Assembly (NCBI RefSeq): GCF_036321535.1
Contig: NC_087441.1
Location: forward strand, 6,944,001 to 7,008,000
DNA length: 64,000 bases
DNA from: Camelus dromedarius
Taxonomy: Eukaryota
Reading direction: 5' to 3'
Position 1 is the stretch's first letter. Each line of letters begins with the position of its first letter. Below, piece by piece: positions 60,001 through 64,000 of this stretch. The position numbers were made by a program, and so were the translations under genes. The notes under the pieces were generated by a model, which was not told the origin of the DNA, did no database searches, and saw only the letters and a list, made by a program, of their open reading frames with translations.

Positions 60001-63000
60001 TGGAGGAAAGGGTGTTATAAAAGTGCAAATCACGTTCAGAGTGACCTGTTGCCCTGAGCACTCAGCACACCCTTTGGGGAAGGAGGGTTAACAGAAGAAA
60101 GATCAAAATATAAAAGAAGCCACAGGACAGAGTAATTTAACTTTATTGTCATTCTAAAAATTTTTTTTCTGAAGTCAACGTCAGTGAGTGCTATTTTCTT
60201 AAAAAAATAAGTAAAACAACCAATATGTAAACCTGAATACTAAGAAAAGCTGTCTGAGTACAACAAACAAACACAACCAAAAAGGATCTAACAAAACAAA
60301 ACAAACAAGCTGAGCAGGCCTAGCGCACGTCAGCCGCAAAGCTGCTCGACCACTTCCTCTCTAAACACAACTCCTAAGCGCAAGCCAAAGGTCTTTTTTT
60401 TGGAATGAAACTGAAGCGAGCCCAGTGGCAGGGCCTCGGCTGCGGGGAGCTGGGAAAAGCCTGGAGCCGCGAGAGGGGGTCCTGGTCTCGCTGTGGGGCA
60501 CGGGCTCGGCTCCTGGTGTGCTGGCCACAGAACCACAGAGAGCAGATGACCTTCCTCTTCTCTGAAGACAAGCTCAGGCCTTTGCTCGATGTCCACACTT
60601 CCTCTCGAGCCCTCCCAGGATGAAGAATCACCCTTTCATCACACAGGACAATGCAAGAGACCGAACTGTGTGCCCACAAAATTCGCATGTTGAAGCCCTA
60701 ACCACCCCCAGCAGCTCCACGCGTGGTTGTACTTAGAAACAGGGCCACTGAAGAGGTGATTAAGCTAAAATGAGGTCATCAGAGTGGGCCCTCAACAGAT
60801 ACTAGTGTCCTTACTAGAGGAGATCAGGACCCAGACACAGAGGCGAGGCCGTGAGAAGACAGGGGAGAAGGCGGCTGTCTACAGGCCGAGGGCGAAGGTC
60901 TCAGGAGAACCCACCCTGCTGACACCTTAGCCTCCAACACTGAGAGGAAACAAGTTTCCGGTGTTGAACCACCCGTCTGCGGTACTTGGCTCGGCGGCCA
61001 CGGCAATGAACACAGACCCATGTGCAGACATCTCCCAAACACCTTTAAATTGCGCTTATGCTCCAGCGTTTCCTGGGGACAGAAGTGAGACCTATAACTG
61101 CACACAGGGAAGCGCCACCAGCTCCAGACTACAGCAGGTACTTGCCAAAGGCCCCAGGAACGGGGAGAAAAATCAAAATCCCTGACCCAAGTTCAGGACG
61201 TGGTCACATGTGACACACTGGAGAAGGACATCTCTGCCGAGTCAGACACATGAACAGGAGAGGCGCACGTGCAACCGGCACCGCTTTTTAGGAGAAACGA
61301 ACCACGGTCACTGGGAACTGGGGGCCTGCGTATCCCAGTTAGGGAGGCAAACTCTGCACCCAGAAGGGTGCCTGCAAAGTGGCCCTCCTGCCGCTCGCCC
61401 GCCCAGGACCATGTTTTTAAATAACAGATAACCTTAGACATAAAACCAATGTCACGGATGGCGAAGCAGGGAAACCGTCAGAACACACCTTAAGGGAGGT
61501 GTACACGAAGTGGATGCACGTGTAGGCACGAGCTGGCTCATGATACACATTTTCCTGCTCTAAGAGACAAGTGATTAGAAGGTCAACAAGCCAGCGCATG
61601 TGACTCAAGTCATGACTAACAAAGAACTTTATGAGCATATGGGAAGCAGTAATTTTGCACGTACTCTCTCAAGCCCTGTTGTAAAGGGATATTCTCGCAA
61701 CTCCCCGAAAAGCCAGTTCCTGCCAGAGATGGCACGCCAGCAGCACACCGACCTGTCATTGCTCAGGAGCTGCAGTCCCTCCTTGGGCCGGCCGACGTCG
61801 AAGCCCTGGCCCCCTCGCACCAGGCAGGCGGCAGTGCCGGGGGGACAGGCACGCAACTGCGGACTGGAGTCCCGTAGTGAGTCTGCAAAAGGTGACGTGT
61901 GACATTGAATCAGACCATGCATCCGGCGCAGTAACCAAGCTTACCCTTAGGTCCAAGGTTCCTTTAAAACATGATCAATTTTTTTTAAAGTCTCCATAAG
62001 TAACATAAGGTAGTAGAAGTTTGGAAACAAAACAGACTAGGATCACATCCCAGTTCGAGACCCTGCGCAAGTCAATGACCGCTCAGGATGAGATCAGCAC
62101 TCCCACCCTGCAGGGCAGCCGGGAAGTCACCAAGCAATGGGAAGATGCTTGCCCTGTGCCTACATAAGAGGTGAGTGAAGGGATGATGTACCCCCTTCTC
62201 CTAGACTTACAGGAACCCCAGTATTGCCCACTTTCAAGCTATAAATAGACTAGGCACTCCATGGACTGGACTAGTGGGAAGATGAGTAGATTCATGGAAA
62301 GAACCCACACACAGCTCTGGGTTCAAATCTTAGCTCCACCATTTACTGTCTCTATGACTTTGGTCAAATTACCTATGGACCCAATGGCTTGTGTGCTACC
62401 TCACAGGCTTGGGGAGGAGCAAAGAAAAGAAACTAGATGTGCCTAGAGTAACAGCCAGACTGTACAGACTGCCGGCAGCAATGGCCATGATTACTACAGC
62501 TGTGTTTCTCTTTACACGATGACTTTTATCTTCATCTGCTATCTTATACATTACGGGGCTTACTTACTATGCACCTTCCCCAGGAGAGCAGAACCCCCAC
62601 GCACTGAGTGCTACAGCCCAGTGCCCAAGTCAGTGCCCACCATGTAACAGGATTGGAAATAACAGTTCCACCACCTCGCCTGGGCTTTATTTAATTAAAG
62701 TCTGATCTTTGATGAAGGGGAGGGTTACCACGCCTTCTCTGCCCCTACTCTGCCCCAGCAGCTCTCAGCGCCCCCAGTTCCCCCAAATCAGTCCATTTTC
62801 CCTCATCTCATTAGTAGGAAGATTTGCTTGAGAATCCTGAAACCCAAAGCACCTGGCAGAGAGAACACGCTGGGATGGACCGATGGTTTGGAGACTTTGT
62901 GATGGAATCAAAATTTGCAAAAGTGAGGAGCTGTGCACAGAGAACATCCCTGGGGACAAAAGCTCTCTTAGACAGCCCATCAGTGACACGGACATCCAAA

Positions 63001-63215
63001 CAGGAATGTGGACAGGCAAATATACTGAAGCCTTCGAAGAAATCCTTCACCACCACCCTCCTCACTGCCCACAGATTCAGACCTATGTCTCTGCAAACGT
63101 TGATGAACAGAGAGGTGTCCGGGTCAGAGTCATCCACCAAGTAGGCACCGCTGATCTTGATCAGTGGGTTTAAATCATGCTTCTTGAGCTCTCTATCAAA
63201 TGCGTAGCACGGCAC
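2575..63215 (-). CDS. IGF2R: IGF2R / CI-M6PR, spliced CDS exons 5-48 (5'-partial); MRH domains 2-15, FnII insert, TM helix, cytosolic tail
   Basis: 44 exons with AG/GT(GC) boundaries join into one 6960-nt frame ending [10 protein letters not shown]. Sequence and exon sizes match the recalled mammalian IGF2R structure. Confidence 0.99.
3290..3490 (+). mobile_element. Old L1 (L1ME-like) fragment
   Basis: CTTCTTGGGAAATCTACCTAAAGGGAATCATC...CAAAAATGTTCACTAC...AACCTAAAC. Confidence 0.5.
3638..3707 (-). CDS. IGF2R: IGF2R exon 47 (70 nt), palmitoylation CC and YKYSK(V) internalisation signal
   Basis: [23 protein letters not shown]; TTTCAG| and |GTAACT. Confidence 0.97.
4601..4753 (-). CDS. IGF2R: IGF2R exon 46 (153 nt), transmembrane helix
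   Basis: [51 protein letters not shown]; CTGCAG| and |GTAAGG. Confidence 0.97.
5870..6070 (-). mobile_element. Old L1 ORF2 fragment
   Basis: AT-rich TTATTTAGAAGTG...TTAGTTCCCAAATAT...AAATCTGTTGAGAC, typical of antisense L1M ORF2. Confidence 0.55.
7019..7205 (-). CDS. IGF2R: IGF2R exon 45 (187 nt)
   Basis: [63 protein letters not shown]; GACAG| and |GTAAGT. Confidence 0.97.
7513..7580. repeat. Degenerate (CAAC/CAGC)n tetranucleotide tract
   Basis: caaccaaccagccaaccagccaaccagtcagccagcc. Confidence 0.8.
8292..8350. repeat. (CA)n microsatellite with alternating purine-pyrimidine lead-in
   Basis: gcacgtgcgcgcacacgcacgcacacac...acac. Confidence 0.95.
8735..8800 (-). mobile_element. L2 3' terminus
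   Basis: TCAGTCAACAAACATTTGCCAAGCACTTACTA. Confidence 0.6.
9415..9765 (+). mobile_element. L1 3' end (L1MB-like)
   Basis: GAGTTCTCACCACAAG...TAAACTTACACAGTGCTGAATGTCAC..TATCTCAGTAAAACTGG followed by poly(A). Confidence 0.8.
10244..10431 (-). CDS. IGF2R: IGF2R exon 44 (188 nt)
   Basis: [62 protein letters not shown]; ATCCAG| and |GTAATT. Confidence 0.97.
10950..11096 (-). CDS. IGF2R: IGF2R exon 43 (147 nt)
   Basis: [49 protein letters not shown]; CTGCAG| and |GTAAGT. Confidence 0.97.
11911..12025 (-). CDS. IGF2R: IGF2R exon 42 (115 nt)
   Basis: [39 protein letters not shown]; TTTCAG| and |GTGAGG. Confidence 0.97.
14339..14475 (-). CDS. IGF2R: IGF2R exon 41 (137 nt)
   Basis: [45 protein letters not shown]; CCACAG| and |GTAAGG. 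Confidence 0.97.
15185..15419 (-). CDS. IGF2R: IGF2R exon 40 (235 nt)
   Basis: [79 protein letters not shown]; CCCCAG| and |GTGAGT. Confidence 0.97.
16207..16316 (+). mobile_element. tRNA-derived SINE (camelid Vic-1-like)
   Basis: GGGAGGGTATAGCTCAGTGGTAGAGC head with A/B boxes, AATAAATCTAATTACCCCCC tail, probable TSD AAAAAC(A/C)GCCTTTC at 16188 and 16312. Confidence 0.9.
16446..16592 (-). CDS. IGF2R: IGF2R exon 39 (147 nt), fibronectin type II insert
   Basis: [49 protein letters not shown]; TTCCAG| and |GTGAGT. Confidence 0.97.
16901..17108 (-). CDS. IGF2R: IGF2R exon 38 (208 nt)
   Basis: [69 protein letters not shown]; CTCCAG| and |GTAAAT. Confidence 0.97.
17888..18049 (-). CDS. IGF2R: IGF2R exon 37 (162 nt)
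   Basis: [54 protein letters not shown]; AACAG| and |GTAACG. Confidence 0.97.
19273..19332. repeat. Compound (TA)n(TC)n(CA)n microsatellite
   Basis: atatatatat ttctctctc... cacacacac. Confidence 0.95.
20169..20318 (-). CDS. IGF2R: IGF2R exon 36 (150 nt)
   Basis: [50 protein letters not shown]; TTTAG| and |GTAAGT. Confidence 0.97.
20877..20941. repeat. Interrupted (TG)n microsatellite
   Basis: gtgtgtgtgatgagtgtgagtgtgtgtgag... Confidence 0.9.
21818..22036 (-). CDS. IGF2R: IGF2R exon 35 (219 nt)
   Basis: [73 protein letters not shown]; GACAG| and |GTGAGT. Confidence 0.97.
22314..22570 (-). CDS. IGF2R: IGF2R exon 34 (257 nt), domain 11 IGF2-binding loops
   Basis: [86 protein letters not shown]; ACAG| and |GTGAGT. 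Confidence 0.98.
22887..23006 (-). CDS. IGF2R: IGF2R exon 33 (120 nt), domain 11 AB loop
   Basis: [40 protein letters not shown]; CTGCAG| and |GTGAGT. Confidence 0.97.
23674..23800 (-). CDS. IGF2R: IGF2R exon 32 (127 nt)
   Basis: [42 protein letters not shown]; CACAG| and |GTGAGG. Confidence 0.97.
25304..25494 (-). CDS. IGF2R: IGF2R exon 31 (191 nt)
   Basis: [64 protein letters not shown]; CCGCAG| and |GTAAGT. Confidence 0.97.
26020..26135 (+). mobile_element. tRNA-derived SINE (same family, more diverged)
   Basis: GGGGTGGGTACAGCTCAGTGG...GGGTTCAATCCCCAGCAC...AATAAATAAACTGAATCACCTCCCCC. Confidence 0.88.
26666..26802 (-). CDS. IGF2R: IGF2R exon 30 (137 nt)
   Basis: [45 protein letters not shown]; CTTCAG| and |GTGAGG. 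Confidence 0.97.
27350..27900 (-). mobile_element. L2 3' fragment
   Basis: CATTCATTCA terminus and AGCAAAGGGCCTGGGGCA...GGAGCAG block. Confidence 0.55.
28063..28135. repeat. 18-bp direct repeat with 37-bp spacer
   Basis: TCTGAAAGTTGATGGACC at 28063-28080 and 28118-28135. Confidence 0.95.
28150..29030 (+). mobile_element. Degenerate LINE (old L1/HAL1 ORF1-like) region
   Basis: Purine/A-rich degenerate coding-like sequence (GAATTCTGTATGAGGCCAG, CACCTTCAAAGTGCTGA); family uncertain. Confidence 0.4.
29758..29855 (-). CDS. IGF2R: IGF2R exon 29 (98 nt)
   Basis: [32 protein letters not shown]; TTTGCAG| and |GTAAGT. Confidence 0.97.
29897..30041 (-). mobile_element. tRNA-derived SINE (same family)
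   Basis: Reverse-complement head ...CTCTACCACTGAGCTATACCCTCCCC; 10-bp TSD GGAAACTTCA at 29887-29896 and 30046-30055. Confidence 0.92.
30261..30391 (-). CDS. IGF2R: IGF2R exon 28 (131 nt)
   Basis: [44 protein letters not shown]; AACAG| and |GTGAGT. Confidence 0.97.
31145..31360 (-). CDS. IGF2R: IGF2R exon 27 (216 nt)
   Basis: [72 protein letters not shown]; TTGAAG| and |GTACCG. Confidence 0.97.
31786..31873 (-). CDS. IGF2R: IGF2R exon 26 (88 nt)
   Basis: [29 protein letters not shown]; CTGCAG| and |GTAAGA. Confidence 0.97.
32115..32290 (-). CDS. IGF2R: IGF2R exon 25 (176 nt)
   Basis: [59 protein letters not shown]; TTCCAG| and |GTGCGT. Confidence 0.97.
32366..32509 (-). CDS. IGF2R: IGF2R exon 24 (144 nt)
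   Basis: [48 protein letters not shown]; TTTCAG| and |GTGGGT. Confidence 0.97.
33003..33048. repeat. Perfect (AC)23 microsatellite
   Basis: Direct count, 33003-33048. Confidence 0.97.
33088..33258 (-). CDS. IGF2R: IGF2R exon 23 (171 nt)
   Basis: [57 protein letters not shown]; TTCCAG| and |GTGAGG. Confidence 0.97.
34180..34310 (-). mobile_element. MIR
   Basis: CCCATTTAACACATAAGGAAACTGAAGCAGAGAGGTTAAG...GGATTCAAACCC. Confidence 0.7.
34346..34518 (+). pseudogene. Inverted partial duplicate of IGF2R intron 24 acceptor + exon 25 (first 149 nt)
   Basis: Colinear with the reverse complement of 32142-32314, 17 mismatches in 173 nt by hand alignment, no indels. Reads [50 protein letters not shown]. 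Confidence 0.95.
34712..34907 (-). CDS. IGF2R: IGF2R exon 22 (196 nt)
   Basis: [65 protein letters not shown]; CTGCAG| and |GTGAGC. Confidence 0.96.
35620..36050 (+). pseudogene. Possible decayed leucine-rich-repeat coding relic (tentative)
   Basis: Frameshifted segments [38 protein letters not shown] and [12 protein letters not shown] fit the LxxLxLxxNxLxxLPxxxF consensus. Confidence 0.35.
36502..36642. mobile_element. MER5A-like hAT-Charlie fragment
   Basis: CTCTCAAACCTCACTGCACATCAGAACCTCCTGGGGCCTTGTTAAAACAGA...GGGCCCCACCCCGAGA. Confidence 0.75.
36904..37005 (-). CDS. IGF2R: IGF2R exon 21 (102 nt)
   Basis: [34 protein letters not shown]; CTGCAG| and |GTAAGG. Confidence 0.97.
38252..38353 (-). 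CDS. IGF2R: IGF2R exon 20 (102 nt)
   Basis: [34 protein letters not shown]; TTTCAG| and |GTACGT. Confidence 0.97.
38460..38660 (-). mobile_element. MIR
   Basis: ATTATTCCCATT...CACCTGAGATCATGACAGCAGTAAGTGGCAGAACTGGAATCCAAACCTAGGTCTG. Confidence 0.7.
40060..40300 (+). mobile_element. L1 3' end fragment interrupted by a SINE
   Basis: GTTCTGGAAA..GGTGATAG..GCACAAC..TAAATGTACTT[SINE]AATGCCACTAAAC..AAAATGGTAAATTTTGTTATG. Confidence 0.75.
40118..40216 (-). mobile_element. tRNA-derived SINE inserted into an L1 3' fragment
   Basis: GGGGATTGAACCCAGGACC B-box on the reverse strand; 11-bp TSD TAAATGTACTT at 40107 and 40222. Confidence 0.9.
40855..41034 (-). CDS. IGF2R: IGF2R exon 19 (180 nt)
   Basis: [60 protein letters not shown]; TTGCAG| and |GTAAGG. 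Confidence 0.97.
41206..41551 (-). mobile_element. MER2/MER2B-like Tigger MITE
   Basis: Terminal inverted repeats CTGTCAGCCTTCTGTATCC / CCGAGGGACAACTC; internal ACTTGAGCATCC and GATTTTGGTATC. Confidence 0.85.
41610..41750 (-). mobile_element. MIR
   Basis: TAAGTGACTTATTCGAGGCCAC...GAGGTGGGACTCAAACCC. Confidence 0.55.
42615..42783 (-). CDS. IGF2R: IGF2R exon 18 (169 nt)
   Basis: [57 protein letters not shown]; TTTCAG| and |GTGGGT. Confidence 0.97.
43233..43348 (-). CDS. IGF2R: IGF2R exon 17 (116 nt)
   Basis: [38 protein letters not shown]; TTAG| and |GTAAGG. Confidence 0.97.
44004..44181 (-). CDS. IGF2R: IGF2R exon 16 (178 nt)
   Basis: [60 protein letters not shown]; TTTTAG| and |GTAGGG. 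Confidence 0.97.
44718..44862 (-). CDS. IGF2R: IGF2R exon 15 (145 nt), GC donor
   Basis: [48 protein letters not shown]; frame is kept only with AG|GCAAGT. Confidence 0.92.
45413..45550 (-). CDS. IGF2R: IGF2R exon 14 (138 nt)
   Basis: [46 protein letters not shown]; CAG| and |GTGTGT. Confidence 0.96.
45700..45915 (+). mobile_element. L1 3' end fragment(s)
   Basis: AAACGTTCTGGAGACGGACAGTGG...TAGTGCCACTGAACTG...GTGAATTTCACATTAT, then a second GGTAAATTTTATATTAT tail. Confidence 0.7.
46587..46730 (-). CDS. IGF2R: IGF2R exon 13 (144 nt)
   Basis: [48 protein letters not shown]; CTCCAG| and |GTAACA. Confidence 0.97.
47917..48057 (-). CDS. IGF2R: IGF2R exon 12 (141 nt)
   Basis: [47 protein letters not shown]; TTACAG| and |GTGAGT. 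Confidence 0.97.
   Translation of the reverse strand, partial: NWNRIGKPWTAAGGNQRRNISSLTSATECCRRARRGAALRTRPCAP
49225..49415 (-). mobile_element. L1MA-like 3' end
   Basis: TTTAATTGAGA...GTGGTGAGAACTTTTAAGATCTACCCTCTTAGCAA. Confidence 0.75.
49730..49894 (-). CDS. IGF2R: IGF2R exon 11 (165 nt)
   Basis: [55 protein letters not shown]; CAG| and |GTAGGC. Confidence 0.97.
50640..50810 (-). mobile_element. L3/CR1-like ancient LINE fragment
   Basis: TTTTCCCAGACTAGAA...CTCCTCTGGAC...TTCTTGAGG...GTGCCCTGAAGTGCACAATGTTCTAA. Confidence 0.45.
52119..52735 (+). mobile_element. ERV1 solo LTR, MER41-like
   Basis: TGAGACAGG start and ...CCTGCATCA end; CATAAAAA at 52446 and AATAAA at 52589; blocks GGCGCCATGACAGTTC, GAATAATCCTCCC and TTGAATTCTTT resemble the recalled MER41-family consensus. 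Confidence 0.8.
54200..54695 (+). mobile_element. L2 3' fragment
   Basis: CTGTTCCCTCTGCCAGAA...GGTGCTAATAAAATGTGTGTTGAATGAAT terminus. Confidence 0.65.
55792..55895 (-). CDS. IGF2R: IGF2R exon 10 (104 nt)
   Basis: [34 protein letters not shown]; CAG| and |GTGAGC. Confidence 0.97.
56368..56520 (+). mobile_element. tRNA-derived SINE (same family)
   Basis: GAGGGTGTAGCTCAGTGGTAGAG...GGGTTCAATCCCCAGGACC...AATAAACCTGATTACCCTCCC plus A-rich tail. Confidence 0.9.
56899..57073 (-). CDS. IGF2R: IGF2R exon 9 (175 nt)
   Basis: [59 protein letters not shown]; the in-frame acceptor is CCTTAG|, donor |GTGGGT. Confidence 0.9.
57239..57401 (-). CDS. IGF2R: IGF2R exon 8 (163 nt)
   Basis: [54 protein letters not shown]; TAG| and |GTGAGG. 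Confidence 0.96.
58190..58490 (+). mobile_element. L1MB/MC-like 3' end
   Basis: CACATAGTGTGTGATTCCACTT...GATGGAAATGTTCTAA...AATATACTGATAACCACTAAGTTGTACTT...TCAATAAAA. Confidence 0.75.
59881..59986 (-). CDS. IGF2R: IGF2R exon 7 (106 nt)
   Basis: [35 protein letters not shown]; CAG| and |GTGAGG. Confidence 0.97.
60652..61015 (+). mobile_element. MaLR LTR (MLT1A/B-like)
   Basis: AAATTCGCATGTTGAAGCCCTAACC, ATTAAGCTAAAATGAGGTCAT, CCCTGCTGACACCTT and AACACAGA end. Confidence 0.88.
61753..61882 (-). CDS. IGF2R: IGF2R exon 6 (130 nt)
   Basis: [44 protein letters not shown]; TTTTGCAG| and |GTCGGT. Confidence 0.97.
62300..62440 (+). mobile_element. MIR
   Basis: CTGGGTTCAAATCTTAGCTCCACCATTTACTGTCTCTATGACTTTGGTCAAATTACCT. 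Confidence 0.7.
63083..63215 (-). CDS. IGF2R: IGF2R exon 5 (133 nt)
   Basis: [44 protein letters not shown]; acceptor TAG|GTG, donor |GTCTGA. Confidence 0.97.
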
Positions 63216-63429
63216 CTAGAAGAGAGGAAGGGCCTCTGTCACAGATGTAGCCCCAAGCAAGGCTGGGGACAGCACCCAGAAACCAACAGGGGCCTGTTAA
63301 ACACCTCTTTTCTGACACGTGAGGACAAGTTCCTCCCCTGGGCATCTAACCCACTCTTACTGGAGTCTAATTTATGACGACTCTCTCATCTCTATGAACT
63401 AATTAATGGCCTCTTATTTTTAAAGAGTC

Positions 63430-63517
63430 AACGAGTATATTAAATCATTACATTGTACACTTTAAATATATGCAATTTTATTTGTCAGTTATACCTCAAT
63501 AAAGCTAGAGGAAAAAA
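63430..63517 (+). mobile_element. L1 extreme 3' tail
   Basis: ATTGTACACTTTAAATATATGCAATTTTATTTGTCAGTTATACCTCAATAAAGCT. Confidence 0.75.
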
Positions 63518-63824
63518 GCGGGGAGGGAATGTCAAATAACCCATTACAGCCGGCAAGACCCTGTGCTTTGAAAGTCTCACCAAATTCTGAAGGAAAAGCA
63601 TTCAAGGCCAGAGATGGACCCTCAGTCAAGACCTGGGTCCCCTAGTCAACACCATCTGCTGCTATGTCTTTACCTGCAACACCTCCCAAGTCTAGCCTCC
63701 AAAATAATGCACTGTATCATTTTAATCATCTCAGCCAAAGAATATTCTGAAAACTCATGTTCTCCGCCATCCTTTCAAAGTAGTTTGCCTCATCACTTTC
63801 TATGGATAATTTTTCTAAATTATG

Positions 63825-63855
63825 TAGACTGAAACTATTTTAGACTGAAACTATT
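63825..63855. repeat. 16-bp-period tandem duplication
   Basis: TAGACTGAAACTATT at 63825 and 63841. Confidence 0.9.
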
Positions 63856-64000
63856 CACAGGCAGGTCTATTTACAAAAGTTAATTGCTTAATGTTAATGT
63901 TTAGCTTTTAAACGTTTTTTAAAAGATGCTATCAAGCCTGCAGGACTGCTCTGATCCACTAACCCCTTTCCCTGTCCAGTTTGCAGAGAACTAATGGATT

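Noticed and set aside
63077-63082. Weak donors of exon 5 (GTCTGA) and exon 14 (GTGTGT, 45407-45412)
   Set aside because: Still canonical GT with the expected exon sizes and frame. There is no evidence of alternative use from sequence alone.
63216-64000. AIRN promoter / imprinting DMR2
   Set aside because: It lies in intron 2. The window ends in intron 4, so it is not present here.

Overview
Mammalian genomic DNA carrying most of IGF2R (cation-independent mannose-6-phosphate/IGF2 receptor) on the minus strand. I traced 44 coding exons, corresponding to exons 5-48 by human numbering (63215 down to the TAG stop at 2575). They total 6960 nt, stay in one open frame and encode 2319 aa. A ~1.4 kb 3'UTR follows, with AATAAA at 1210-1215. 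Exons 1-4 and the intron-2 DMR/AIRN promoter lie beyond the right edge. The protein looks artiodactyl-like, and a tRNA-derived SINE family points to a camelid host (inference). All introns are GT-AG except intron 15 (GC-AG). Introns hold SINEs, old L1/L2/MIR fragments, MER2/MER5A DNA transposons, an MLT1 LTR and a MER41-like solo LTR. The most unusual observation is a 173-bp, ~90% identical inverted copy of the intron 24 acceptor plus most of exon 25, sitting in intron 22. It could fold the pre-mRNA around exons 23-24. There is also a frameshifted LRR-like coding relic antisense in intron 21, with weaker same-strand hits in introns 29-31. Repeat family names and cross-species comparisons are from recall of consensus sequences, not from a database search.
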